Shown piece by piece: positions 42,994-52,281 of a DNA stretch of 64,000 nucleotides; the first letter of the stretch is position 1, and each line of letters opens with the position of its first letter. The stretch comes from Candidatus Lustribacter sp. GTDB lineage: Bacteria > Vulcanimicrobiota > Vulcanimicrobiia > Vulcanimicrobiales > Vulcanimicrobiaceae. Location of the stretch: positions 3,840,001 to 3,904,000 of the forward strand of contig OZ255842.1 in the NCBI GenBank assembly GCA_965277805.1. Reading direction: 5' to 3'. The notes beneath the pieces are model-generated. The model saw only the letters and a program-made list of their open reading frames with translations. It did not search any database and was not told the origin of the DNA. The position numbers were made by a program, and so were the translations under genes.

Positions 42994-44651
42994 CAGGATG
43001 CGCTCGCAATGCCGTCGGCGGCGTCGCGTGCGATCGCGTTCGCCGCGCGTTCACCCGCCGGACCGTATCCGCCGCCGCCGGCCGTTTGCACGACGAGCGT
43101 TTCGCCCGCGTTCACCTGCAGGGTCACCTTGGCTGGAAGCGTGCGCATCGTTTGTTCCCCCTCGTCGCCGGCCGCAATCAGCGTATGCCGTCCGGGTGCG
43201 CCGGCGCCGCCGCCGGCACTTCCCTGCGGCCGCACGGCATGCCGTTCACCCAAGAGCGAAATCGTCGCGCTGCCGCTGCGAACCTGCAACGCGCGCACGA
43301 GCCCCGCGCCGCCGCGCCGGCGGCCCGCGCCGGCGGTGTCATCCGCGAACTCATAACGCGTGACGCGCAGCGGAAAGGCGCGCTCGAGTACCTCGATCGG
43401 CGTATTGAGCGTGTTCGTCATGTGCGCTTGGATCGCATCGACGCCGTCGGCCTCGGGACGCGCACCCATTCCGCAGCCGTTTGTCTCGTAGAACGCCCAC
43501 GGCGCGCCGCGCTCGTCGATGCCGCCCATCATGACGTTGTTCATCGAACCGCCGCTCTGCGCGGGCACGCGATCGGGCGCGAGCATTCCGAGCGCCGCGA
43601 GCACGAGATCCGCATTGCGCATCGACGTCTCGACGTTGCCGGCCGAGACCGGCGCCGGACGGTGCGGGTTCAACAGCGTGCCTTCGGGCACGTGCACTTC
43701 GATCGGCCGGAACACGCCGTCGTTCATCGGAATATCCGCCGCCAGCAACGCGCGGATCGCATAGTATACGCCGGATAGCGTGACGCCGTAGACGGCGTTG
43801 AGCGGCATCGGCAGCTGCGGCGAGGTACCAGTGTAGTCGAGCCGCATCGCCTCGCGGCGCTTCTCGAGCCGCAGTTTGAGAACGATCGTCGGCTCGCCGT
43901 TCGCATCTTCCATCACGTCGCTGCACGCGGCGACCCCGTCGGGAAACGAGCGCAGCGCGGCCCGCATGCGCCGTTCGCCGTCGTCGATCGCCTTGGCCGT
44001 GGCCTGCGCGACCGTGGCGGCGCCGTAGCGCTCGACCAGATCGCGCACGCGGCGCTCGCCCGTTACGTTGCCGGCCAGTTGGGCGCGCAGATCGCCGCTG
44101 CGCGTCTCGGGGGTGCGCGAGTTGGCGCGAAAGAGCGCGACGGTTTCCGGCACCACCACGTCGTCGCGCATCAAGCGCATCGGCGGCATGATGAAGCCTT
44201 CGGCGAAAAGCTCGCGCGCATTGGGCGGCATCGACCCCGGCACCATGCCGCCGACGTCGGCGTGATGCGCTTTGTTGCAGGCATAGCCAAAAATCGCGCC
44301 GTCGACGAAGATCGGCCGGATGACGGTGACGTCGTTGAGGTGCGTGCCCGACAGATACGGATCGTTCACCACCCACTGGTCGCCCGGCCGCATCGCATCG
44401 CCCGTCGCAGCGATGCGTTCGAGCGTGCGCATCAGACCCCAGGGCAGCGAGCCGAGATGCACGGGAATGTGTTCGGCCTGCGCGACCAGCCGCAACTGTG
44501 CGTCGAAGAGCGCGCACGAGTGGTCGAGCCGCTCCTTGATGTTCGGTGAGTACGCGGCGTTGCGCACCGCGATCCCCATCTCTTCGCTCGCATACAGCAA
44601 ACCGGAGACGATGATCTCGGCCGTGATCGGATCGAGGGTGCCGGTTATCAC
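42993..44651 (-). CDS. Hydantoinase B / 5-oxoprolinase beta subunit
   Basis: SPNIKERLDHSCA, HIPVHLGS, NDPY..GTHLND, HHADVGG, HMTNT.NTP.E; GTGA overlap. Confidence 0.95.
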   Translation of the reverse strand: MITGTLDPITAEIIVSGLLYASEEMGIAVRNAAYSPNIKERLDHSCALFDAQLRLVAQAEHIPVHLGSLPWGLMRTLERIAATGDAMRPGDQWVVNDPYLSGTHLNDVTVIRPIFVDGAIFGYACNKAHHADVGGMVPGSMPPNARELFAEGFIMPPMRLMRDDVVVPETVALFRANSRTPETRSGDLRAQLAGNVTGERRVRDLVERYGAATVAQATAKAIDDGERRMRAALRSFPDGVAACSDVMEDANGEPTIVLKLRLEKRREAMRLDYTGTSPQLPMPLNAVYGVTLSGVYYAIRALLAADIPMNDGVFRPIEVHVPEGTLLNPHRPAPVSAGNVETSMRNADLVLAALGMLAPDRVPAQSGGSMNNVMMGGIDERGAPWAFYETNGCGMGARPEADGVDAIQAHMTNTLNTPIEVLERAFPLRVTRYEFADDTAGAGRRRGGAGLVRALQVRSGSATISLLGERHAVRPQGSAGGGAGAPGRHTLIAAGDEGEQTMRTLPAKVTLQVNAGETLVVQTAGGGGYGPAGERAANAIARDAADGIASAS

Positions 44652-46720
44652 GCGCTTTTCTCCAGCAGCAAGTTTGCCGTGACGTCCACCGTCGCGCGCC
44701 AGCCGCGCGGCACCCACGTCGTCGTGTCGTACTGCTCGACGATCGCCGGCCCCTCGAACGCGTCTCCTTCACCGAGAAGTTCGCGTTGATAGATCGCGGT
44801 GTCGACGAAGGCGCCTGCGTCCCAGACGCGGCGCGTGCCGATGGCGGACGGTTTGGCGGTCCCTCGACAAGCTCGGGATGACAGGTCTTGCGCGCCGCTC
44901 TCTGCGGAGTGCGAGCCGATGGCGGTGATGCGCACTGTGGCGAGTTCGATGCGTTCGTCGCGGACGGCGTAGCCGTAGCGGCGTTCGTGGCGGTGATGGA
45001 ACGCTTCGGCGATCGCGCCTTCGTCGCCGTCGAACGGCACCGTCAGGTCGAACGACTGCCCGGCATAACGCAAGTCGAGTTCCGCTACGATGCGGATCTG
45101 TTCGTCCGGTACGTCTTGCAGGCGCAACGACGCGCGCGCTTCTTCGCTCATTGCAGCGGCAACGTCGCGCGCGCCGGCAAGCGTTGCCGCATCGAGCGGC
45201 GCGACGAGCGAGCGCGAGTACGCCGCGCGGACGTCGGCGGCGAGCAATCCGAGCGCGCTGAACAAACCGGGGTAGCGCGGCACGACGACGCGCCGCATGC
45301 CGAGATCGTCGGCCAGCGCGCAGGCGTGCAGCGGGCCGCCGCCCCCGAACGCCATCAGCACGAAGTCGCGCGGATCGAGCCCGCGCTCGACCGACACGAT
45401 GCGCAGCACTTTCGCCATGTCGGCATCGACGAGCGCGACGATGCCCGCCGCCGTACGCTCCACGTCGCCGTCCAGCGGCGCCGCAACCGTCGCGACCGCC
45501 GCGCGCGAGCGCGCCGCATCGATCGGGAACGCGCCACCGACCAGCGCGACCGGATTGAGGCGGCCCAGCACGACGTTGGCGTCGGTCACGGTCGGCTGTG
45601 TGCCCTTGCCGTAGCAGGCCGGGCCCGGATCGGCGCCGGCTGAGAGCGGCCCGACGCGCAGCACGCCGACCGAGTCGAGTCGCGCGAGCGTTCCGCCGCC
45701 GGCACTCACCTCGGCCAAGTCGACGAACGGGAAGCGCACCGGGTAGCCGCTGCCCGCGCGGCCGCGTCCGCTGTGCGTCGCGCCGGCGGCTTCGAACTCA
45801 TAGGCGATCTCGGGCCGGCCGCCGACGATCGTGCCGGCCTTGGCCGTCGTGCCGCCCATATCGAAGGACAGCACGTCGGCGACGCCGATCGCCGCCCCGG
45901 CCGCGGCCGCCGCGATCACGCCGCTGGCCGGACCGCTTTCCACCAGCGTCGCCGGTCGATCGGCCACGAACGCCAGCGCCGCCGTGCCGCCGTTGGATTG
46001 CATGACGAAGACCGGCGCCGCAATGCCGAGCGCGCGCACGCCGGCGGCCAGCCGTTCCAGATAGCCGCGCACCACCGGCAGCAAGGCCGCATTGACGACG
46101 GCGGTCGAGAAGCGCTCGTACTCGCGCTCTTCGCGCACCAGCGCCGACGACGCCGTGACGGCCACGCCGGGGAGCGCGTCGTGCAAGGCGGCGACGACGG
46201 CCCGTTCGTGCGCGTCGTTGGTGTAGCTGTTGAGGAAGCCGACGGCGACGCTGCGGATCCCGCGTTCGCGGATCGTCGCCACGGCCGCGGCAACGCCGCC
46301 CGGATCCAGCGGCTCGTGCACGCTGCCGTCGTAGTCGATGCGCTCGCGAACCGTGAGCCGGTCTTCACGGCGGGCCAGGGGCGTCGGGCGCCCGACGTGG
46401 AGGTCGTACACCGAGCTGCGCGCTTGGCGCCCGATTTCGAGCACGTCGCGGAAGCCTTCGGTGGTGATGAACGCGACCCGCGGCAGATCGAGGTTGACCT
46501 GACCGAGCAGGGCGTTCGTGGCGATCGTGCTGGCGTGGCAGAGGGCGGCGATCTCGCCGGCATCGACGTCGCGCAGCAACGCGCGCAGGGCCTCGAGCAG
46601 GCCGATCTCCGGCGCGGCCGGCGTTGTGGCCACCTTGTAGCGCAAGATGGCGCCGTCGGCGCTGGTCGCGACGAGATCGGTGAACGTCCCGCCGACGTCC
46701 ACGCCCACCCGCCAACTCAC
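44648..46720 (-). CDS. Hydantoinase A / 5-oxoprolinase alpha subunit
   Basis: GVDVGGTFTD, REYER, SGPASG, DMGGTT, AGADPGPACY, FGGGGPLH. Confidence 0.95.
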   Translation of the reverse strand: MSWRVGVDVGGTFTDLVATSADGAILRYKVATTPAAPEIGLLEALRALLRDVDAGEIAALCHASTIATNALLGQVNLDLPRVAFITTEGFRDVLEIGRQARSSVYDLHVGRPTPLARREDRLTVRERIDYDGSVHEPLDPGGVAAAVATIRERGIRSVAVGFLNSYTNDAHERAVVAALHDALPGVAVTASSALVREEREYERFSTAVVNAALLPVVRGYLERLAAGVRALGIAAPVFVMQSNGGTAALAFVADRPATLVESGPASGVIAAAAAGAAIGVADVLSFDMGGTTAKAGTIVGGRPEIAYEFEAAGATHSGRGRAGSGYPVRFPFVDLAEVSAGGGTLARLDSVGVLRVGPLSAGADPGPACYGKGTQPTVTDANVVLGRLNPVALVGGAFPIDAARSRAAVATVAAPLDGDVERTAAGIVALVDADMAKVLRIVSVERGLDPRDFVLMAFGGGGPLHACALADDLGMRRVVVPRYPGLFSALGLLAADVRAAYSRSLVAPLDAATLAGARDVAAAMSEEARASLRLQDVPDEQIRIVAELDLRYAGQSFDLTVPFDGDEGAIAEAFHHRHERRYGYAVRDERIELATVRITAIGSHSAESGAQDLSSRACRGTAKPSAIGTRRVWDAGAFVDTAIYQRELLGEGDAFEGPAIVEQYDTTTWVPRGWRATVDVTANLLLEKSA
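44856..44883 (-). repeat. 28-bp REP-like element, copy 4 (inside hydantoinase A CDS, encodes LSSRACRGTA)
   Basis: GCGGTCCCTCGACAAGCTCGGGATGACA on + strand; identical to copy 1. Confidence 0.9.
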
Positions 46721-46739
46721 CGGGCTGCGTTCAGCCCGG
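46720..46739. promoter_or_regulatory. Perfect 8-bp hairpin abutting the hydantoinase A start
   Basis: CCGGGCTG-CGTT-CAGCCCGG. Confidence 0.5.
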
Positions 46740-46768
46740 CGCGGTGTTGTTGTCTACGTTGGAGTTGA

Positions 46769-46939
46769 TTAGTTCCAGTGCAGCTCGCGGGCGATCTGCT
46801 TGCGCTCCCACTCATCGGAGAAGGCCACGTCGGCCACTTCCGCGGGGGCTTGCGTATGCTGATGTCCGTTGAACCAGCCCAGCACCGTCGCGACCAGCGC
46901 GTCGATGGCATCGTGTGAGAATTGAGTTTTCCGTTCCAT
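46769..46939 (-). CDS. Small protein (56 aa), below the ORF-track cutoff
   Basis: MERKTQFSHDAIDALVATVLGWFNGHQHTQAPAEVADVAFSDEWERKQIARELHWN*; mostly G/C-ending codons; AT-rich upstream region. Confidence 0.6.
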   Translation of the reverse strand: MERKTQFSHDAIDALVATVLGWFNGHQHTQAPAEVADVAFSDEWERKQIARELHWN

Positions 46940-47086
46940 GATGGACTAATTGTAACGTAACGTAACATTACTTGTCAGTCGCATTTGTCTGAGATGCCAC
47001 TTTAATCGAGCGTTAAGTAACTGCAGAAAACTGCTAAAAGCCCGTCAAAAGGCTGAAAGAATCTCCCAGGAAACAATCTGAGCAAG

Positions 47087-49129
47087 CTAACTCCCGACGA
47101 GCTCGCGCAGCGCGTGCTGGAAAATCTTCGGCGCTTTGCCCTGGAAGAGCACGGATTCGTTGCCGCCGACTTGTTTGCGCAACTCGATCAGCTCGTCGCG
47201 CAGCGCGGCCGCCTTCTCGAATTCGAGGTTCGCCGCGGCCTCGCGCATCTTGCGCTCGATGTCGTTGGACATGGCCATCGCCACCTCGCGCGGCAGCTTC
47301 TCGCCTTTGAGCCCGGTGGCCGCGACGCTGCTCGTACTGACCAGCGCGAGAATGTCGCGCACTTCTTTGCGAATCGACTTCGGCTCGATGCCGTGCTCGA
47401 GGTTGTACGCCACTTGCCTCTCGCGGCGCCGTTTCGTCTCGCCGAGCGCGCGGGCCATCGACTCCGTGACGACGTCGGCGTACATGATCACCTTGCCCTC
47501 GACGTTGCGCGCCGCGCGGCCGATCGTCTGGATCAAGGCGGTGCCGCTGCGCAAATAGCCCTCTTTGTCGGCGTCTAGAATACCGACGAGCGAGACTTCC
47601 GGCAAATCGAGGCCTTCGCGCAACAGATTGATGCCGACCAGCACGTCGAACTCGCCCTTGCGCAAATCGCGCAGGATCGCGATGCGTTCGAGCGTCTCGA
47701 TCTCGCTGTGCAGGTAGCGCACCTTGAGCCCGTTTTCGAGCAAATAGTCCGTGAGGTCTTCGGCCATCTTCTTGGTCAGCGTCGTGACCAGCACGCGTTC
47801 GTCTTTTTCGGTGCGCTTGCGGATCTCGTCCATCAGATCGTCGACTTGATGGCGCGTCGGACGCACCTCGACTTCAGGATCGACGAGCCCGGTCGGCCGG
47901 ATCACCATCTCGACGACCTGCTGCGAACGCTTCGTTTCGAACTCCGCCGGCGTGGCCGAAACGTAGATCACCTGGTTGAGGTGGGCTTGGAATTCATCCG
48001 CCGTGAGCGGCCGGTTGTCGAGTGCCGACGGCAGCCGGAAACCGTGCTCGACCAACGATAATTTGCGCGAGCGGTCGCCGCCGTACATGCCGCCGACCTG
48101 CGGGATCGTCACGTGCGACTCGTCGACGAAGAGCAGCCAATCCTTGGGGAAAAAGTCGAGCAGGCAGAACGGGGTCGAACCTGCTTCGCGGCCCGAAAGC
48201 GGGCGCGAGTAGTTCTCGACACCGTTGCAGTAGCCGACTTCGCGCAGCATGTCGAGGTCGTAGCGCGTGCGCTGTTCGAGCCGCTGCGCTTCGAGCAGTT
48301 TGCCGTTGTCCTTGAAGTATTTCAACCGGTCTTCGAGCTCGATCTCGATGTCTTCGATCGCGCGTTTGAGCTTTTCGTCGGGCGTGATGTAGTGCTTGGC
48401 CGGGAAGATCTTCAGCTCGTCCTTCGACTCGACGTATTCGCCGGTCATGATGTTGACGACGTTGATCGCTTCGACCTCATCGCCGAAAAACTCGATGCGG
48501 TGCACGAGTTCTTCTTCGACGCCGACGAACTCGAGCGTATCGCCGCGCACGCGGAACGTGCCGCGCACCAGGTTGAGGTCGTTGCGGCGGTACTGCATCC
48601 CGATCAGCTTGCGCAAGAACTCGTCGCGGTCGATCGTATCGCCGATCTTGATGTCGGCCGAAAGCTCCATGTAGTCGGCCGGCGAGCCCAAACCGTAGAT
48701 GCACGACACCGAGGCCACGATCAGCGTGTCGGGCCGGGTCAAGAGCGACTGGGTAGCCGAGTGCCGGAGGCGCTCGATCTCGTCGTTGATCGAGGAATCC
48801 TTGGCGATATAGGTGTCGGTGTGCGCGATATACGCTTCGGGCTGGTAGTAGTCGAAGTACGAGACGAAGTACTCGACCGCGTTGTGCGGGAGAAAGTCCC
48901 GGAACTCGGCGCACAGCTGGGCGGCGAGCGTCTTGTTGTGGCACAGCACGAGGGTCGGCTTCTGGACCAGCTCGACGACCCGGGCCATCGCCATGGTCTT
49001 GCCGCTGCCCGTCACCCCGAGGAGCGTCTGGGCGTGATCGCCCCGCAGGACCCCCTTGGCCAGGGCCTCGGTGGCGACAGGCTGGTCCCCGGCCAACGCG
49101 TAGGGGCTGACCAACTCGAATTTGGGCAT
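47087..49129 (-). CDS. uvrB: Excinuclease ABC subunit B
   Basis: [46 protein letters not shown]-terminal UVR; GGAG RBS. Confidence 0.99.
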   Translation of the reverse strand: MPKFELVSPYALAGDQPVATEALAKGVLRGDHAQTLLGVTGSGKTMAMARVVELVQKPTLVLCHNKTLAAQLCAEFRDFLPHNAVEYFVSYFDYYQPEAYIAHTDTYIAKDSSINDEIERLRHSATQSLLTRPDTLIVASVSCIYGLGSPADYMELSADIKIGDTIDRDEFLRKLIGMQYRRNDLNLVRGTFRVRGDTLEFVGVEEELVHRIEFFGDEVEAINVVNIMTGEYVESKDELKIFPAKHYITPDEKLKRAIEDIEIELEDRLKYFKDNGKLLEAQRLEQRTRYDLDMLREVGYCNGVENYSRPLSGREAGSTPFCLLDFFPKDWLLFVDESHVTIPQVGGMYGGDRSRKLSLVEHGFRLPSALDNRPLTADEFQAHLNQVIYVSATPAEFETKRSQQVVEMVIRPTGLVDPEVEVRPTRHQVDDLMDEIRKRTEKDERVLVTTLTKKMAEDLTDYLLENGLKVRYLHSEIETLERIAILRDLRKGEFDVLVGINLLREGLDLPEVSLVGILDADKEGYLRSGTALIQTIGRAARNVEGKVIMYADVVTESMARALGETKRRRERQVAYNLEHGIEPKSIRKEVRDILALVSTSSVAATGLKGEKLPREVAMAMSNDIERKMREAAANLEFEKAAALRDELIELRKQVGGNESVLFQGKAPKIFQHALRELVGS

Positions 49130-49256
49130 AAGAACTCCCCATAACACCCCGACGGGTCCGAACCGCTTCAGGAGGGCGACTGCCGCTCCGGCGAGGAAAG
49201 GTCAAGGCTTCCCCCGTGCGCTCAGGCGATCGCGGGATGCGTTAAGGAGTACCTCC

Positions 49257-50330
49257 GTGATCCAGCCGCCGCTGTTGTTTAGCGGGACGTCCAACCGCGA
49301 ACTAGCCGACGAGATCGCCAAGAAGATGCAAACGCGCATCGGCAACGCGCTCGTCGATCGCTTCAAGAACGACGAATGTCGCATCGAAATTCGCGAGAAC
49401 GTCCGTGGGGCGGAGGTCTTCGTTCTTCAGTCGCTTTGCCGCACGCCGTGGGGCGGGTCGGTCAACGACGCGACGATGGAACTGCTGCTGATGATCGACG
49501 CCCTCGTGCGCGCATCGGCCAACCGCATTACGGCCGTGATTCCGTACTACGGCTACGCAAAGCAAGACAAGAAAACGAAAGGCCGCGAACCGATCTCCGC
49601 AAAGCTGCTGGCCAACATGCTGCAGACCGCGGGTGCGGAGCGGATCGTCACGCTCGACCTGCACGCCGCGCAGATTCAGGGCTTCTTCGACGTCCCGGTC
49701 GACAACCTGATGGCCGCACCGCACATGTGCAATCATCTGCGCAACGAGAAACTCTTCGGCGACAAGATCGTCGTCGTCTCGCCCGACGCCGGCGGCGTGC
49801 CGCGCGCCGAGTTCTTCGCCAAGCGGCTGAAGTCGACGCTGGCCGTGATCATTAAACGCCGGCCCGAACCCGACGTTTCGGAAGTGACGCACATCGTCGG
49901 CGACGTCGAGGGCAAGATCGCGGTGGTCGTCGACGACATGATCTCCACCGGCGGCACGCTCGTCAAAGCCTCCGAGGCCTTGATGAAGCGCGGCGCCACC
50001 GACGTCTACTGCCTCGCGACGCACGGCATTTTTGCCGGCGACGCGATCAAGCAGTTCGAATCCTCGGCGATCCGCAAGGTGATCGTCACCAACACGATCC
50101 CCGTCTCGGCTCATCCCGACGGTTTGGGCAACCGGATCGAGCAACTCTCGATCTCGCAGATCCTCGCCGATGCGATCAAACGCATCACCGCCAACCGTTC
50201 GGTCTCCGAACTCTTCGCGAGCGATGACAGCATCGAGCCGCCTCCCGACGACAATTCCGAAAAAAAACCCTCTGAAGAAGCTCCGCACCACGAAGCGAAC
50301 GCCGAAGCGGCGATCGCAGCTGCGGTTTAA
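49257..50330 (+). CDS. prs: Ribose-phosphate pyrophosphokinase
   Basis: IPYYGYAKQD, DLHAAQIQGFF, VSPDAGG, DDMISTGGT; AAGGAG RBS before GTG 49257. Confidence 0.97.
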   Translation: MIQPPLLFSGTSNRELADEIAKKMQTRIGNALVDRFKNDECRIEIRENVRGAEVFVLQSLCRTPWGGSVNDATMELLLMIDALVRASANRITAVIPYYGYAKQDKKTKGREPISAKLLANMLQTAGAERIVTLDLHAAQIQGFFDVPVDNLMAAPHMCNHLRNEKLFGDKIVVVSPDAGGVPRAEFFAKRLKSTLAVIIKRRPEPDVSEVTHIVGDVEGKIAVVVDDMISTGGTLVKASEALMKRGATDVYCLATHGIFAGDAIKQFESSAIRKVIVTNTIPVSAHPDGLGNRIEQLSISQILADAIKRITANRSVSELFASDDSIEPPPDDNSEKKPSEEAPHHEANAEAAIAAAV

Positions 50331-50348
50331 GGAACCACCAACCCCGTC

Positions 50349-51002
50349 ATGGCGAAAGTTCAACGCGTCACCAACGTGACGATCCATTCCCGCGCCGAAA
50401 TCGGCACCACCGGCGCCAAGAAGGCACGCCGCGAAGGCCGCATCCCCGGCGCACTGTACGGTCACGGCGACGCGCAAGCGATCGCAGTCGACGCGAAAAC
50501 CCTCAACGAGCTGCTCTCATCGGGCGGCCAAAGCCACATCGTCGAAGCGACGATCGCCGGCAAGAAAGAATCCGTGCTGTTGCGTGAAGTGCAGCGCGAT
50601 CCGATCACGCACCGTCCGATCGCGGCCGACTTCCAGCGCGTCTCGTCGACCGAGGCGATCAACGCTTCGGTGCCGATCGTCACCGTCGGCGTCGCGCCGG
50701 GCGTGAAAGAGGGCGGCGGCGTCATGGACGTCGTGACCCACGCACTCGAGGTCAAGGGCCCGGCGGGAAGCCTGCCGGAGCACTTCGAGCTCGACGTCAC
50801 CGCGCTCAACGTCAACGATCACATCACCGCCGGTGATGTGAAGTTGCCGGCCGGGTTCACCCTGATCACGCCGGCGGAAACCGTCGTCGTGGCGGTTGAA
50901 GGCTCGCGCACGGCGTCCGACGATGCGGCGCTCACCGCTGCAGCAGCGGCCGCCGCACCGGCTCCGGTGCCCGACGCCGCAGCCGCACCCGCCGCTTCGT
51001 AG
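50349..51002 (+). CDS. rplY: 50S ribosomal protein L25/Ctc (long form)
   Basis: RREGRIPGALYG, VLLREVQRDP..ADFQRV, GVKEGG; prs-rplY-pth synteny. Confidence 0.95.
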   Translation: MAKVQRVTNVTIHSRAEIGTTGAKKARREGRIPGALYGHGDAQAIAVDAKTLNELLSSGGQSHIVEATIAGKKESVLLREVQRDPITHRPIAADFQRVSSTEAINASVPIVTVGVAPGVKEGGGVMDVVTHALEVKGPAGSLPEHFELDVTALNVNDHITAGDVKLPAGFTLITPAETVVVAVEGSRTASDDAALTAAAAAAAPAPVPDAAAAPAAS

Positions 51003-51011
51003 TTCGGCGTC

Positions 51012-51623
51012 ATCGACGACCTTCGGCTCATCGTCGGGCTCGGCAACCCCGGGCCCGAATATGCGCGAACGCGCCACAACATCGGGTTCATGGTCGTCGA
51101 AGAACTCGCGCGCCGCTGGCAGCTTTCGAACTGGACCAAGCGGCGCGACGCGCGCCTCGTGCTCGATCGCAGCCGCAATGCCGCGATCGTCGAGCCGCTC
51201 GCATACATGAACGAAAGCGGCCCGCCGACGCTCGGCGTGGCGACGTTCTACAAAGTGCCCCCGCCGCGGATCCTGGTCGTCGTCGACGATCTGGATTTGC
51301 CGTTCGCGCGGCTACGTCTGCGTGCGGAGGGAAGTTCCGGCGGACACAACGGGCTCAAGTCGCTGATCGAAGTCTTCGGGCAAGGTTTTCCGCGGCTGCG
51401 CGTAGGCATCGGCCGTGATCGCGACAGCGGTGAAGCGATTCGCCACGTGCTCGGCACGTTTTCGCCCGCGGAAATCGAGGCGCTGCCGGGCGTAATCGAC
51501 CGCTGCATCGAGGGCATCGAGCTGTGGCTGCGTGGTGACATGCAGGGCGCGTTGAACCGCGTGAACGCTTCGAACGCACCAAATGCAAAGAGGAACGAAG
51601 CCGAAGAGCCCAAAGAAAAATAG
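51012..51623 (+). CDS. pth: Peptidyl-tRNA hydrolase (no canonical start; ATC 51012 or read-through from rplY)
   Basis: LIVGLGNPG..YARTRHNIGF, YMNESG, DDLD, GGHNG, RLRVGIGR; in frame with rplY TAG 51000-51002. Confidence 0.93.
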   Translation: MDDLRLIVGLGNPGPEYARTRHNIGFMVVEELARRWQLSNWTKRRDARLVLDRSRNAAIVEPLAYMNESGPPTLGVATFYKVPPPRILVVVDDLDLPFARLRLRAEGSSGGHNGLKSLIEVFGQGFPRLRVGIGRDRDSGEAIRHVLGTFSPAEIEALPGVIDRCIEGIELWLRGDMQGALNRVNASNAPNAKRNEAEEPKEK

Positions 51624-52271
51624 ATGATCGTCGTTCGGATCGACGAGTCGACGCTCGCGACCGATGGCACTACCCTCTACGCGGATCTCGCGTTTCTGGT
51701 CGAGCGCGGCCAGCAGCCGATCGTCGTCGCGCCGTCGACCGACGCGGCCCGCACGATCGTGAAGACGATAAACCGCACGAGCGATTCGGCCGTCGGCGTG
51801 TCGGGCGCCGACGCCGGCATGTTGCCCGCCGCGGGTGAGGGTTTGGGCGCGGTGCAGACGCGGCTCTTGCACACGCTGCTTTCGGCCGGCTACATCCCGG
51901 TCGTCGAGCCGCTCGCATTCGGAATGTTCGGCGGCGACGTCGAGGTACAAGCCGACGAGGTTGCAAGCGCGGTCGCGCGCTCGATGGCGGCAAAGCGCGC
52001 GCTCTTCTTCCACGAGAACGGCGGCGTGATCGATTCGCTGACGCGCGAGTGCATCGGCGAGCTCACGCCGGCCGAAGCGCTCGCGCTGGCCGAAGATACG
52101 ACGCTGCCGCACGACCTGCGGGCGGCGATGCGTGCCGCGGCGCTCGGCGTGCGCGGCGGCGTCGGCGCCGCCGACATCCTCGACGGGCGCATCGCGCACG
52201 CCTCGATCGTCGAGCTCCTTACCGCCCGCCACGTCGGCACGCGCGTGCTGGGAACGGTCTTCCTCCAGTAA
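51624..52271 (+). CDS. Acetylglutamate kinase (ArgB)-like protein, degenerate
   Basis: AVGVSGADAG, G.G.VQT.LL..LL.AGYIPVV, QADEVASAVA, ILDGRIAH..VELL..GT; N-terminal KxGG and VHGGG motifs absent. Confidence 0.75.
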   Translation: MIVVRIDESTLATDGTTLYADLAFLVERGQQPIVVAPSTDAARTIVKTINRTSDSAVGVSGADAGMLPAAGEGLGAVQTRLLHTLLSAGYIPVVEPLAFGMFGGDVEVQADEVASAVARSMAAKRALFFHENGGVIDSLTRECIGELTPAEALALAEDTTLPHDLRAAMRAAALGVRGGVGAADILDGRIAHASIVELLTARHVGTRVLGTVFLQ

Positions 52272-52281
52272 CGCTGCGCGG

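Noticed and set aside
28336-44883. 28-bp repeat as a CRISPR array
   Set aside because: Copies are kilobases apart, in both orientations and inside genes; no regular spacers and no cas genes.
46717-46968. 83-aa ORF from the track
   Set aside because: The alternative-frame 56-aa ORF (46769-46939) has better codon usage and composition.
51000-51002. Pyrrolysine insertion at the rplY UAG
   Set aside because: No pyl genes in the window, UAG is used as an ordinary stop by many other genes here, and the site is in a linker.
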